Assembly (NCBI GenBank): GCA_903928395.1
Contig: CAIYQS010000103.1
Coordinates: forward strand, 1-31,770
DNA length: 31,770 nt
Direction: 5' to 3'
From: an uncultured Actinomycetes bacterium
GTDB lineage: Bacteria > Actinomycetota > Actinomycetes > Nanopelagicales > Nanopelagicaceae
Position 1 is the first letter of the stretch. Each line of letters starts with the position of its first letter. This document shows, piece after piece, positions 18,903 through 27,332 of the stretch. Made by a program: the position numbers and the translations under genes. The notes beneath the pieces are model-generated. The model worked only from the letters and a program-made list of their open reading frames with translations, was not told where the DNA came from and ran no database searches.

Positions 18903-18971
18903 AGCCCCCGTAGGCTATCGGCTTGAAGTGAATTACTGGAAGTGAAAGTCCGGCGCGCAAAAGGAGTGAGT

Positions 18972-19850
18972 GTGAGTAAGCCATTTAAGCGTGAACCAGG
19001 TAGCCGAGAAATCCCAAAATGGCAGGTAGGCCGTGGGGGTGAAGAATTTGCAGACATTATTTATGAAGTCAGCGAAGGTATTGCAAAGATCACGATTAAT
19101 CGCCCTGAGGTTAGAAATGCTTTTCGACCAGAAACCTTAGCGGAGTTGCAAGATGCTTTCGCGCTCGCTCGGGACGATGAATCTGTCGGAGTGATCATCT
19201 TTACAGGGGCGGGGACCGAAGCGTTTTGCTCCGGTGGGGATATAAATGTTCGCGGAGATGACGGATACATCGGTAGCGATGCTCTCGGCAAAAAAGGTAT
19301 CGGACGACTCAATGTCCTAGATTTACAAATTCAGATCCGCCGATTGCCGAAACCAGTAGTTGCAATGGTTGCTGGTTGGGCCGTTGGGGGAGGACATGTG
19401 TTGCACGTCGTCTGCGATCTCACTATTGCTGCGGACAATGCAAAATTTGGACAGACCGGCCCGATGGTCGGATCTTTTGATGGTGGTTACGGCGCTGGTT
19501 TGCTTGCGGCACATATTGGTCAGAAAAAGGCTCGTGAAATTTGGTTCCTATGTCGCCAATACGACGCTACCGAAGCGCTAGAAATGGGTTTAGTAAATAC
19601 CGTGGTTCCAATTGCAGAATTGGAAGCCGAAACCGTTTCGTGGTGCCGGGAAATGCTTCGCCATTCACCGATGGCGCTTCGCCTTTTGAAGGCGGGATTG
19701 AACGCAGCCGATGATGGATTGGCGGGAGTACAGCAATTGGCGGGAGATGCAACGCTGCTCTTTTACTTAACGGAAGAAGGACAAGAAGGTCGCGATGCTT
19801 ATAAGGAGAAGCGCGATCCGGATTTCAACAAGTTCCCGCGCCGACCGTAA
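18972..19850 (+). CDS. menB: 1,4-dihydroxy-2-naphthoyl-CoA synthase
   Basis: [32 protein letters not shown] and SFDGGYG; GTG 18972 has AAGGAG (18961-18966) upstream. Confidence 0.97.
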   Translation: MSKPFKREPGSREIPKWQVGRGGEEFADIIYEVSEGIAKITINRPEVRNAFRPETLAELQDAFALARDDESVGVIIFTGAGTEAFCSGGDINVRGDDGYIGSDALGKKGIGRLNVLDLQIQIRRLPKPVVAMVAGWAVGGGHVLHVVCDLTIAADNAKFGQTGPMVGSFDGGYGAGLLAAHIGQKKAREIWFLCRQYDATEALEMGLVNTVVPIAELEAETVSWCREMLRHSPMALRLLKAGLNAADDGLAGVQQLAGDATLLFYLTEEGQEGRDAYKEKRDPDFNKFPRRP

Positions 19851-19858
19851 GTGCTCCA

Positions 19859-20854
19859 ATGAGTATGTCCAAAGGAATGTTGGAAGAGTATTGCCCCGAA
19901 CTTTCGATCTTGTCGATCCCACTTCGGAACAAATTTCGTGGAATTAATTTTCGCGAAGTTGCAATTTTTCGTGGTCCTTCTGGATGGACAGAGTTCGGTC
20001 CCTTTCTTGAATATGATGATCAGGAAGCAGCAACCTGGATGCGCGCGGCACTGGAAGCTGCGAACGAGCCTTGGCCAGAACTATTTCACAACCAGATCCC
20101 GGTGAATGCAACACTGCCGATCATCGAACCTGAAGCTGTGCGCACTATTTTGAATCGTTTTCCGGGTGCCAGAACCGTGAAAATCAAAGTTGATGACTTT
20201 GAAAATGGAGCGGGCGTTGTGGAAGAAGTGCTCAATATAGATCCCGAATTGAAAATTCGCCTCGATGTTAATGCTGGTTGGAGTGATACCGTAGCTATAA
20301 GCAACTTGTTGGAGTACCACCTTCGTTTTGGAAACGTATTTGAATATGTGGAACAACCTTGCGCAACCCTTGAAGAATTAGCCCGAGTTAAAAGTGAGGT
20401 GCCAATTCGGATTGCTGCAGATGAATCTATTCGGAAAAATCTTTCCGCCGATTTTGATAATTTTTCGCAATACGCCCATTTCGCAATTATTAAATGGCAA
20501 CCGGTCGGTGGATTCAAGTCAGCGCACAAACTTGCAGAACAAATTGGATTACCAATAGTTGTCTCGAGCGCGTTAGAAACAGGAATCGGAATGTCACATG
20601 GTCTTGCCCTCGCGGGATCATTTAAATCAACCCCGCTGGCCTCAGGATTGGGCACCGTCGCGCTATTTGACGGTGATGTTTGCGAGCCTGCCACCGTTGT
20701 CGAAAATGGGTTCATCGAAGTAAAACGTCGAGAACCAGTTTTGCTTGAGAGGTACCTCGCATCTCCAGAACGCACTCTTCATTGGAAGCAACGTATTCTA
20801 AGAGTCTTACAAACCTTACAAGATCTGGAAGAGTTAGAAGGGCGGGTTAAATGA
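19859..20854 (+). CDS. menC: o-succinylbenzoate synthase
   Basis: Enolase superfamily: EFGPFLEY, TVKIKV, RLDVNAGW, YVEQP, AADESIR, IIKWQPVGG and VSSALET. Confidence 0.93.
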   Translation: MSMSKGMLEEYCPELSILSIPLRNKFRGINFREVAIFRGPSGWTEFGPFLEYDDQEAATWMRAALEAANEPWPELFHNQIPVNATLPIIEPEAVRTILNRFPGARTVKIKVDDFENGAGVVEEVLNIDPELKIRLDVNAGWSDTVAISNLLEYHLRFGNVFEYVEQPCATLEELARVKSEVPIRIAADESIRKNLSADFDNFSQYAHFAIIKWQPVGGFKSAHKLAEQIGLPIVVSSALETGIGMSHGLALAGSFKSTPLASGLGTVALFDGDVCEPATVVENGFIEVKRREPVLLERYLASPERTLHWKQRILRVLQTLQDLEELEGRVK

Positions 20855-22416
20855 ATTCAACTTCGCTCGCCAGAAATATTATTCGGCAGCTCGTTGAAGA
20901 TGGAGTGTCAGATTTCGTTTTATCACCTGGTTCGCGGAACGCCCCGCTGTCAATAGCTCTCTATGAAGCTGAGCAAGCTGGCTTTGTAAACTTGCACGTT
21001 CGAATTGACGAACGTGGTGCCGCATTCTTTGCTCTTGGTTTGAGTAAGGCATCAGTTAGTTATGTTGCGGTAATTTGCACGAGCGGAACCGCTGCAGCGA
21101 ATTTTCATCCTGCAATACTTGAGGCTTACCACTCCGGAAACAAACTTTTAGCGATTACTGCGGATCGCCCGGCTCATCTGCGGCGCACGGGGGCAAATCA
21201 AACCACGCTTCAGGTTGGCCTACTCGAACCTGTTCCAACACTTGATATTTCAACGTCTGTCGATATATCCCATTTGCTAGATCAAGGCCCGGTTCATCTC
21301 AACATACAGTTTGATGAACCGCTGGTTTCAGCTGAACGTACGGATTGGTTAGCAGGGTTTTCACCGCGTATCAGCGCCGTCACAACAAGCGCAGCCAAAG
21401 AGAGTTTTCAAGCAAAAACTCGAGGGTTATTAATTGTCGGCCACGATCGGGCAGGGATCGAAAAAGAGGCAATAGCGTTATTTGCACAAGAACTCGGCTG
21501 GCCGCTTATCGCCGAAGACCCATTGTCATTTCCCAGCAGTATTGCCCATGCCGCACTAGCGCTGAGCGATCCGCAGCTGAGAGCGCATTTTGCGCCGGAA
21601 CAGATTGTTGTTATAGGTCGTGCCACTCTATCTAGGAGTATAAGCGCGGTTGTAAAAGATTGTTCAGATCTGATTGTCATTGATCCTCGGGCCCACACCG
21701 TAGATACCAATCGAAGCGCCTCGATGATCTTTAGTTCGCTCCCAACCGTAGCGTCCAATCCTGATGCAACGTGGTTGCAAATTTGGCAACAGATGGCTGC
21801 CATCGCGAGCAGTTCGATTGAACTCAAATGGTCAGAGCAAGCCGCTATCAGAGCAATTACTTCGAATCTCCCAATCGGAGCGGCGTTATTTGTTGGGAGC
21901 AGCCGTCCAGTTCGAGATATTGAAGCATTTGCAAGTCCAAGGGCTGGATTAACAACATTTGCGAACCGCGGTCTGGCTGGAATCGATGGCAATATTTCTT
22001 GCGCTTTTGGAATTGCGGAAAAATTTGAACGCTCTTACGCCATAATGGGAGATATAACTTTTCTTCATGATGTCTCAGCGCTGGTAAATCCAAGTGGCGC
22101 AAATTTAACGGTATTTATTATTGACAACAACGGTGGTGGAATCTTTAACACTTTGCCACAGGCAGAAGTTGCAGGTTTTGAAAGATTATTTGGAACCCCC
22201 CACGATCTTGATCTTGAAAGAGTCATTCACGGTTTTGGGATGAAAGTCACCAAAGTTAAAAGCGCCGCAGATATTGAGTTTGGTATTGCTCACGAACCAA
22301 CGGGATTAAATTTTGTTGTTATTGAAGTTCCAGATCGCGCCTCTAATGCTCTTGAGCTTAAGCGCGTGACTCAGAGTCTGGTAAGCGCGCTGCGAATAGG
22401 AAGTAATTTAGCCTGA
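20851..22416 (+). CDS. menD: SEPHCHC synthase
   Basis: SPGSRNAPL, IDERGAAFFALG, TSGTAAANF, NRGLAGIDG, the ThDP-binding motif GDITFLHD and NNGGGIF. Confidence 0.96.
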   Translation: MNSTSLARNIIRQLVEDGVSDFVLSPGSRNAPLSIALYEAEQAGFVNLHVRIDERGAAFFALGLSKASVSYVAVICTSGTAAANFHPAILEAYHSGNKLLAITADRPAHLRRTGANQTTLQVGLLEPVPTLDISTSVDISHLLDQGPVHLNIQFDEPLVSAERTDWLAGFSPRISAVTTSAAKESFQAKTRGLLIVGHDRAGIEKEAIALFAQELGWPLIAEDPLSFPSSIAHAALALSDPQLRAHFAPEQIVVIGRATLSRSISAVVKDCSDLIVIDPRAHTVDTNRSASMIFSSLPTVASNPDATWLQIWQQMAAIASSSIELKWSEQAAIRAITSNLPIGAALFVGSSRPVRDIEAFASPRAGLTTFANRGLAGIDGNISCAFGIAEKFERSYAIMGDITFLHDVSALVNPSGANLTVFIIDNNGGGIFNTLPQAEVAGFERLFGTPHDLDLERVIHGFGMKVTKVKSAADIEFGIAHEPTGLNFVVIEVPDRASNALELKRVTQSLVSALRIGSNLA

Positions 22417-23597
22417 CTTTCGGCTAATTCCTGATCTGCGCTTGAGCCTGCAACTATTCCGCACCCCGCAAAAACTCTGATTGATTTTTGATCGGGAGCA
22501 ATTTCGCCACAGCGCAAGGCAATTCCCATCTCACCATCGCCGTGCGCATCGACCCAACCGACTGGTCCGGCGTAACGATTGCGATTCATGGCTTCAAGTT
22601 CGGCAATTAATTCTCGGGCGGTATCAGTTGGAGTTCCGCAAACAGCTGCGGATGGGTGCAAGGCAGCAACAAGTTTAAAGATATCCACTTTTGATGCGGC
22701 ATCATTAATGACGCCTGTGACATCCGTGGCCAGATGCATCACATTTGGAAGGTGAAGTACAAAAGGCGCATCCGGCACGTTGGTTGAAGAAGCGAAGGGT
22801 TCTAGCGCCTCTGCAACGGAGCGCACGGCATACTCGTGCTCTTCCAAATCTTTAGAAGATTTTGCCAGGGAACCGGCGAGCGCAAAATCCCGCTCTTCAT
22901 CCCCAGTGCGACGGATAGTTCCAGCCAAAACTCTGGATGTCACCAAAGATTTACTCAGCCTAACTAGCAATTCAGGAGTGGCTCCCACCAAGTTGTCGAC
23001 TAAAAATAGCCACGTGGATGGGTATTCGGTTTCTAAAGATTGAATTAGGGCAGCTGGATTAATTGCTTTGTTGGAGCGCGCAATTAAGTCGCGAGCGAGC
23101 ACAACTTTCTCTAAATCCCCGCGCTTAATGCGAGCCACGGATTCGTTAACAGCAGCCGACCACTGCTCATCGGACAGTGCTCCTTGCTCCCAATTAAGTG
23201 CAAGGCCGTGCTTTTCAATGATTCTTTTTGCGAGTTCTGGCTGCTCTGTTCCGATCCAGGTTATCCAAGATTTCCCGTTCTTCTGTCCAACAACGATCTG
23301 TGGAATTGTCAGGAGCGACGGTTCGTTCTCTGAAAAAGAAAATGATGCAAAGAGAATTGGTCCAGTTCCAACACCGTGGACATTATTTTTGATTTCGAGT
23401 TGAGTTAGTTCGTTCTGCCACCAAGCTGAAGCATCAGAAAAGCGTCGTTTCCCCGTGACCGAATGTGACTTGTACGTTCCAAATGCAATGAATCCATCGG
23501 ATCCACGAATCCAGCTTGCGCTTATTGGTAGCGACGTTGCAATTTCGCTCAGACGAGGATGGTCACCTAAGAGTTCGGTCGTAATACGTAAAGCCAT
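22371..23597 (-). CDS. menF: Isochorismate synthase
   Basis: KVVLARD, GATPELL, LAGT, KDLEEH, HLAT, LHPSAAVCGTP, RYAGPVGW and IALRC; 3' end overlaps menD convergently. Confidence 0.92.
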   Translation of the reverse strand: MALRITTELLGDHPRLSEIATSLPISASWIRGSDGFIAFGTYKSHSVTGKRRFSDASAWWQNELTQLEIKNNVHGVGTGPILFASFSFSENEPSLLTIPQIVVGQKNGKSWITWIGTEQPELAKRIIEKHGLALNWEQGALSDEQWSAAVNESVARIKRGDLEKVVLARDLIARSNKAINPAALIQSLETEYPSTWLFLVDNLVGATPELLVRLSKSLVTSRVLAGTIRRTGDEERDFALAGSLAKSSKDLEEHEYAVRSVAEALEPFASSTNVPDAPFVLHLPNVMHLATDVTGVINDAASKVDIFKLVAALHPSAAVCGTPTDTARELIAELEAMNRNRYAGPVGWVDAHGDGEMGIALRCGEIAPDQKSIRVFAGCGIVAGSSADQELAESQAKLLPIRSALTRL

Positions 23598-23603
23598 GAG
23601 GCT

Positions 23604-23609
23604 AAGTTA
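23604..23609 (-). promoter_or_regulatory. -10 hexamer, putative leaderless menF promoter
   Basis: TAACTT, 6 nt before ATG 23597. Confidence 0.5.
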
Positions 23610-23616
23610 AGTGCCT

Positions 23617-24198
23617 TTATCGTTTTGGAACAAAACGCCATAGCGTTGGCATCGCAGTGCTGGCAATAGCGATCTTGATCACTTCTCCAAGAACGAAGGG
23701 GGTGAGGCCTAATTTGAAAGTTGTGGTCCAGTTTGCATGAATTGAATGGTGGAGCCAGAACAGTCCAGCGGTGAAGATAATAAAATCACCGATTAGCATG
23801 GTTGGAATCACTGTGAGGATTTTTTGATCCCATTTGCGTCCAGCGAGATAGCCAGTGATAAGTGATGCAATCAACATGCCGACTAAATATCCGCCTGTAG
23901 CCCCCGTGATGCGAGAAAGTCCATGTGCGCCTGACGCGAAGACAGGAGCACCAAGGAATCCAACGATGAGGTAGGAAGCAAAGGTTGTAAAGCCCAAAGA
24001 GGCACCATAAGCGCTACCAAGCAGCAGTGCACCTAGTGTTTGTCCTGTTACTGGAACAGGAGAGCCCGGAACAGGAACCGAAATTTGTGCCATCAACCAT
24101 AGAAAAGCAACCCCACCAACGACAAGTGCAAGTTTGGTTGAGACAGTACTACGCGTAATGAGGGCACCACGGAGCGTTGCAGTTGAAGAAATAGACAT
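23617..24198 (-). CDS. bioY: Biotin transporter BioY (solitary ECF S component)
   Basis: PVPVTGQT, YLIVGFLGAPVFASG, TGGYLVG and PFVLGEVIK; ATG 24198 with GGGAGG 6 nt upstream. Confidence 0.92.
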   Translation of the reverse strand: MSISSTATLRGALITRSTVSTKLALVVGGVAFLWLMAQISVPVPGSPVPVTGQTLGALLLGSAYGASLGFTTFASYLIVGFLGAPVFASGAHGLSRITGATGGYLVGMLIASLITGYLAGRKWDQKILTVIPTMLIGDFIIFTAGLFWLHHSIHANWTTTFKLGLTPFVLGEVIKIAIASTAMPTLWRFVPKR

Positions 24199-24284
24199 AA
24201 ATATCCTCCCGAGCTCTTCGCTTTCACCCCGCGTCGGCGTGGTTTGAAGTTGTGCTGGGAGCCTACTCTCGAAAGAATATACGC

Positions 24285-24986
24285 GTGAGTAAGTCAGCAG
24301 ATTTAAATAAGGAACCCTTCGAAGTCGCTTCGATGTTCGATGGCGTGGCAAAGCGCTATGACTTCATGAACGACCTTTTAAGTCTTGGTCAGACCAAGGC
24401 TTGGCGGAAGAAGGCCACAGCGATAATCGCACCTCGCGCCGGAATGAAGATATTAGATATCGCTGCGGGTACTGGTTCCTCCAGTCGTCCGCTTGCAGAT
24501 GCCGGCGCAGAAGTAATACCTGCAGACTTTTCGCAAGGGATGTTGGATGCTGGAAAGAAACGCCATCCCGACCTCCCCTTCACCTTAGCAGACGCGCTGA
24601 ACTTGCCTTTTAAAGATAGCGAATTTGATGTCACAACTTTCTCTTTTGGATTGCGCAATACACATGACGTGACAAAGGCGCTTCGAGAGGCGCTGCGTGT
24701 CACCAAGTCGGGCGGTCGATTGGTGGTTGTCGAATTTTCACACCCGACCAACAAATTATTCCGTACGCTGTACATGAAGTATTTGATGGGCTTACTTCCA
24801 AAAGTTGCTCGCAGGTTTTCATCAAATCCAGATGCCTACATTTATCTTGTACAATCAATCCAGGCATGGCCAACGCAGGAGCAACTAGCCGAAAAAATTA
24901 AGGGTGCTGGCTGGGGAAGCGTTGCTTGGCAGAACTTTACTTTTGGAATTGTCGCTGTGCATATCGCCTATAAGGACGCGCAGTAG
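24285..24986 (+). CDS. menG: Demethylmenaquinone methyltransferase
   Basis: MFDGVAKRYDFMNDLLSLG, LDIAAGTG, FGLRN and Y-YL-SI; start placed at GTG 24285. Confidence 0.95.
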   Translation: MSKSADLNKEPFEVASMFDGVAKRYDFMNDLLSLGQTKAWRKKATAIIAPRAGMKILDIAAGTGSSSRPLADAGAEVIPADFSQGMLDAGKKRHPDLPFTLADALNLPFKDSEFDVTTFSFGLRNTHDVTKALREALRVTKSGGRLVVVEFSHPTNKLFRTLYMKYLMGLLPKVARRFSSNPDAYIYLVQSIQAWPTQEQLAEKIKGAGWGSVAWQNFTFGIVAVHIAYKDAQ

Positions 24987-24989
24987 TTC

Positions 24990-25976
24990 ATGGCATTTGG
25001 AATTCCGCATCTTGACGTGAAGCTAGAGCTTTCGATTCGTGCGGATATGAAGCGCGTTGAAGATTTGCTTCGCTCTCAAATCAAGGGCGACTACCCGCTA
25101 GTTATAGAAACTTCTCGCCACCTTGTGGAAGCTGGTGGTAAGCGGTTGCGACCACTCTTAACATTGCTGGCGGCACAATTTGGAGATCCAAAACGAAAAG
25201 AGATCATTGAGGCAGCAGTTGTCTGCGAACTTACGCACCTAGCTACTCTTTATCATGATGACGTTATGGATGAGGCGCCATTGCGCCGTGGAGTAGAAAG
25301 TGCAAACGCGCGCTGGAATAACACGGTGGCAATTTTGACTGGAGATTATCTCTTTGCCAAAGCCTCCGATTTGCTGGCGGATTTGGGGCCGGAAGCGGTG
25401 CGTTTACAGGCACGAACTTTTGAAAGATTGGTCATTGGCCAGATCACCGAAACCCAAGGATCGACTGCAGGAATATCTTTGCTCGATCATTACCTGAACG
25501 TCGTGGCTGACAAGACTGGTTCATTGATTGCCACTTCCGCTCGATTTGGCGCACTTCTTTCTGGAGCTCCATCAGATGTGGTTGAGTCACTGACGCGCTT
25601 TGGAGAAAAAATCGGTGTCGTCTTTCAATTGGCAGATGATGTTATAGATATCGCCTCTGAATCGAATGAGAGTGGAAAAACTCCAGGTACTGATCTAAGA
25701 GAAGGTGTTCCGACTCTCGTCACCCTCTATGTATTAGCGTCCACAGATTCGGTAGATGATGAATTGAAGGCTATTTTGTCAGCCCCAATTACCGACGAGA
25801 CAGTCGTCGCAAAAACTCTTAAAGAGTTGCGTTCGCACAAAGCAATGGAGTCCGCCAAGAACTTGCTCCATCAATATGCCGACGAAGCTCAACTTGAACT
25901 GGTTACCTTGCCAGATGGAGCGGCAAAGCGCGCATTAATCGAGCTCTGCGAAACGATTATCACTCGGACTTCCTGA
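24990..25976 (+). CDS. Polyprenyl diphosphate synthase (HepT/GrcC-like)
   Basis: GGKRLRP, first Asp-rich motif HDDVMD, GDYL, KTGSL, second motif FQLADD and GTDLREG. Confidence 0.93.
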   Translation: MAFGIPHLDVKLELSIRADMKRVEDLLRSQIKGDYPLVIETSRHLVEAGGKRLRPLLTLLAAQFGDPKRKEIIEAAVVCELTHLATLYHDDVMDEAPLRRGVESANARWNNTVAILTGDYLFAKASDLLADLGPEAVRLQARTFERLVIGQITETQGSTAGISLLDHYLNVVADKTGSLIATSARFGALLSGAPSDVVESLTRFGEKIGVVFQLADDVIDIASESNESGKTPGTDLREGVPTLVTLYVLASTDSVDDELKAILSAPITDETVVAKTLKELRSHKAMESAKNLLHQYADEAQLELVTLPDGAAKRALIELCETIITRTS

Positions 25977-26834
25977 TTTAACAAGGTCGTACCCCAAGGT
26001 AGTTAGCGCAATCCACACAACAAAGAAACCAATCCACCGTCCGGTAGTCATTGCTTCGTGGCGGACGATAACGCCAATTAAGAATTGAACAGTTGGAGTG
26101 ATGTATTGAAGTAACCCGATAACAGTGAAATTCAATCTATTAGTCGATCCATTAAACATGAGAAGTGGTATTGCCGTAACAACGCCTGCCAGAATTAAGA
26201 GTGTGGTCAATCCAAAGTGGTGGCCAAATTGTCCCGTTCCTTTATGGCCGAGCCAGAGCAGGTAACCTCCATATGGGAGGAGTGAAAGTGTGGTTTCTAT
26301 TGCCAAGCCTTCGAGGGCACCTAAACCCAATTGTTTTTTGACCAATCCATAACTGCCCCATGAAGTAGCGAGTGCGAGGGCGATCCAAGGTGGTCTTCCG
26401 TAATCAATTGCCAGAACGATTACACCCAAGGTGGCGATTCCTACTGACATCCATTGCAAGCGGCGCATTTTCTCTTTGAGTAAAATCACTCCGAAGGCGA
26501 TAATGATGAGTGGATTGATGTAATACCCCAAGGCGCACTCAACTACGTGACCGTGATTCACACCCCAGATGTACACGAGCCAATTGACCGACACTAACAT
26601 CGTGGAAAGTATGAGCCGTAATACAACGCCTCTTTTTCTAACAAGCGCAAAAGTTTCGCGAAGCTTGCCGGTGTAGAGCAATAGTCCGATGCAGACTACA
26701 AAAGTCCACGTAGCTCGGTGAGAAACAATTTCAATTGAGTTTGCGGGCTCTAATAGTGGCCAATACAGAGATAGGAGTCCCCAAGTTAGGTACGCACCAA
26801 CGCCGAGGGTCAGCCCCACTTTGTAGTTTTTCAT
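25935..26834 (-). CDS. rarD: RarD/EamA-family transporter
   Basis: EIVSHR, NWLVYIWGVN, LGYYINPL, YGLVKK and GLLQYITP. Confidence 0.9.
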   Translation of the reverse strand: MKNYKVGLTLGVGAYLTWGLLSLYWPLLEPANSIEIVSHRATWTFVVCIGLLLYTGKLRETFALVRKRGVVLRLILSTMLVSVNWLVYIWGVNHGHVVECALGYYINPLIIIAFGVILLKEKMRRLQWMSVGIATLGVIVLAIDYGRPPWIALALATSWGSYGLVKKQLGLGALEGLAIETTLSLLPYGGYLLWLGHKGTGQFGHHFGLTTLLILAGVVTAIPLLMFNGSTNRLNFTVIGLLQYITPTVQFLIGVIVRHEAMTTGRWIGFFVVWIALTTLGYDLVKSGSPSDNRFAELD

Positions 26835-26843
26835 ATTCCGCGC

Positions 26844-27332
26844 TTATCTATAGTTTTGGAATTGAACAGAAAACTCCCATGGATGGTCTTTTACGATTTG
26901 AATTGCTACTTGTAAGTCATCACGACTCTTGCTTGAAACTCGCAATTCTTCACCTTGGATCTGGGTTTTGAGGGATTTTGGTCCTTCATCGCGCAGCAGC
27001 TTGGCAATTTTCTTAGCGTCCTCGGTTTTTATACCTTCTTTAAAAGTCGCGGAAATCTTATAAATCTTGCCGCTTAAGGCTGGAGCAGAGGCATCAAGAT
27101 GTTTAAGAGAGACACCACGTTTAATCAATTTGTCCTTGAATACTTCCAGTGCCGCCTTCGCGCGATCTTCGGTGTCAGCCTCGATATTGTATTTTTCGCC
27201 AGACTTCACTATTGAGGTACCTGTATTTTTAAAATCGAAGCGAGTCGAAATTTCGCGATCGGTTGAGTTGTATGCGTTGTCGACTTCCATGTGATCAACG
27301 TTTGAGACGATATCAAAACTTGAATCAGCCAT
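26844..27332 (-). CDS. yajQ: YajQ family nucleotide-binding protein
   Basis: SSFDIVS, RFDFK, QIQGEELRVSSKSRDDLQ and QFQNYR; 162 aa. Confidence 0.95.
   Translation of the reverse strand: MADSSFDIVSNVDHMEVDNAYNSTDREISTRFDFKNTGTSIVKSGEKYNIEADTEDRAKAALEVFKDKLIKRGVSLKHLDASAPALSGKIYKISATFKEGIKTEDAKKIAKLLRDEGPKSLKTQIQGEELRVSSKSRDDLQVAIQIVKDHPWEFSVQFQNYR

Noticed and set aside
20086-20775. 229-aa antisense ORF inside menC
   Set aside because: Fully antisense to a conserved gene, with no recognisable motif; a shadow ORF.
21408-21992. 194-aa antisense ORF inside menD
   Set aside because: Shadow of a conserved gene; no motif or start signal.
24199-24351. 51-codon N-terminal extension of bioY
   Set aside because: It would overlap menG; a strong SD precedes ATG 24198.
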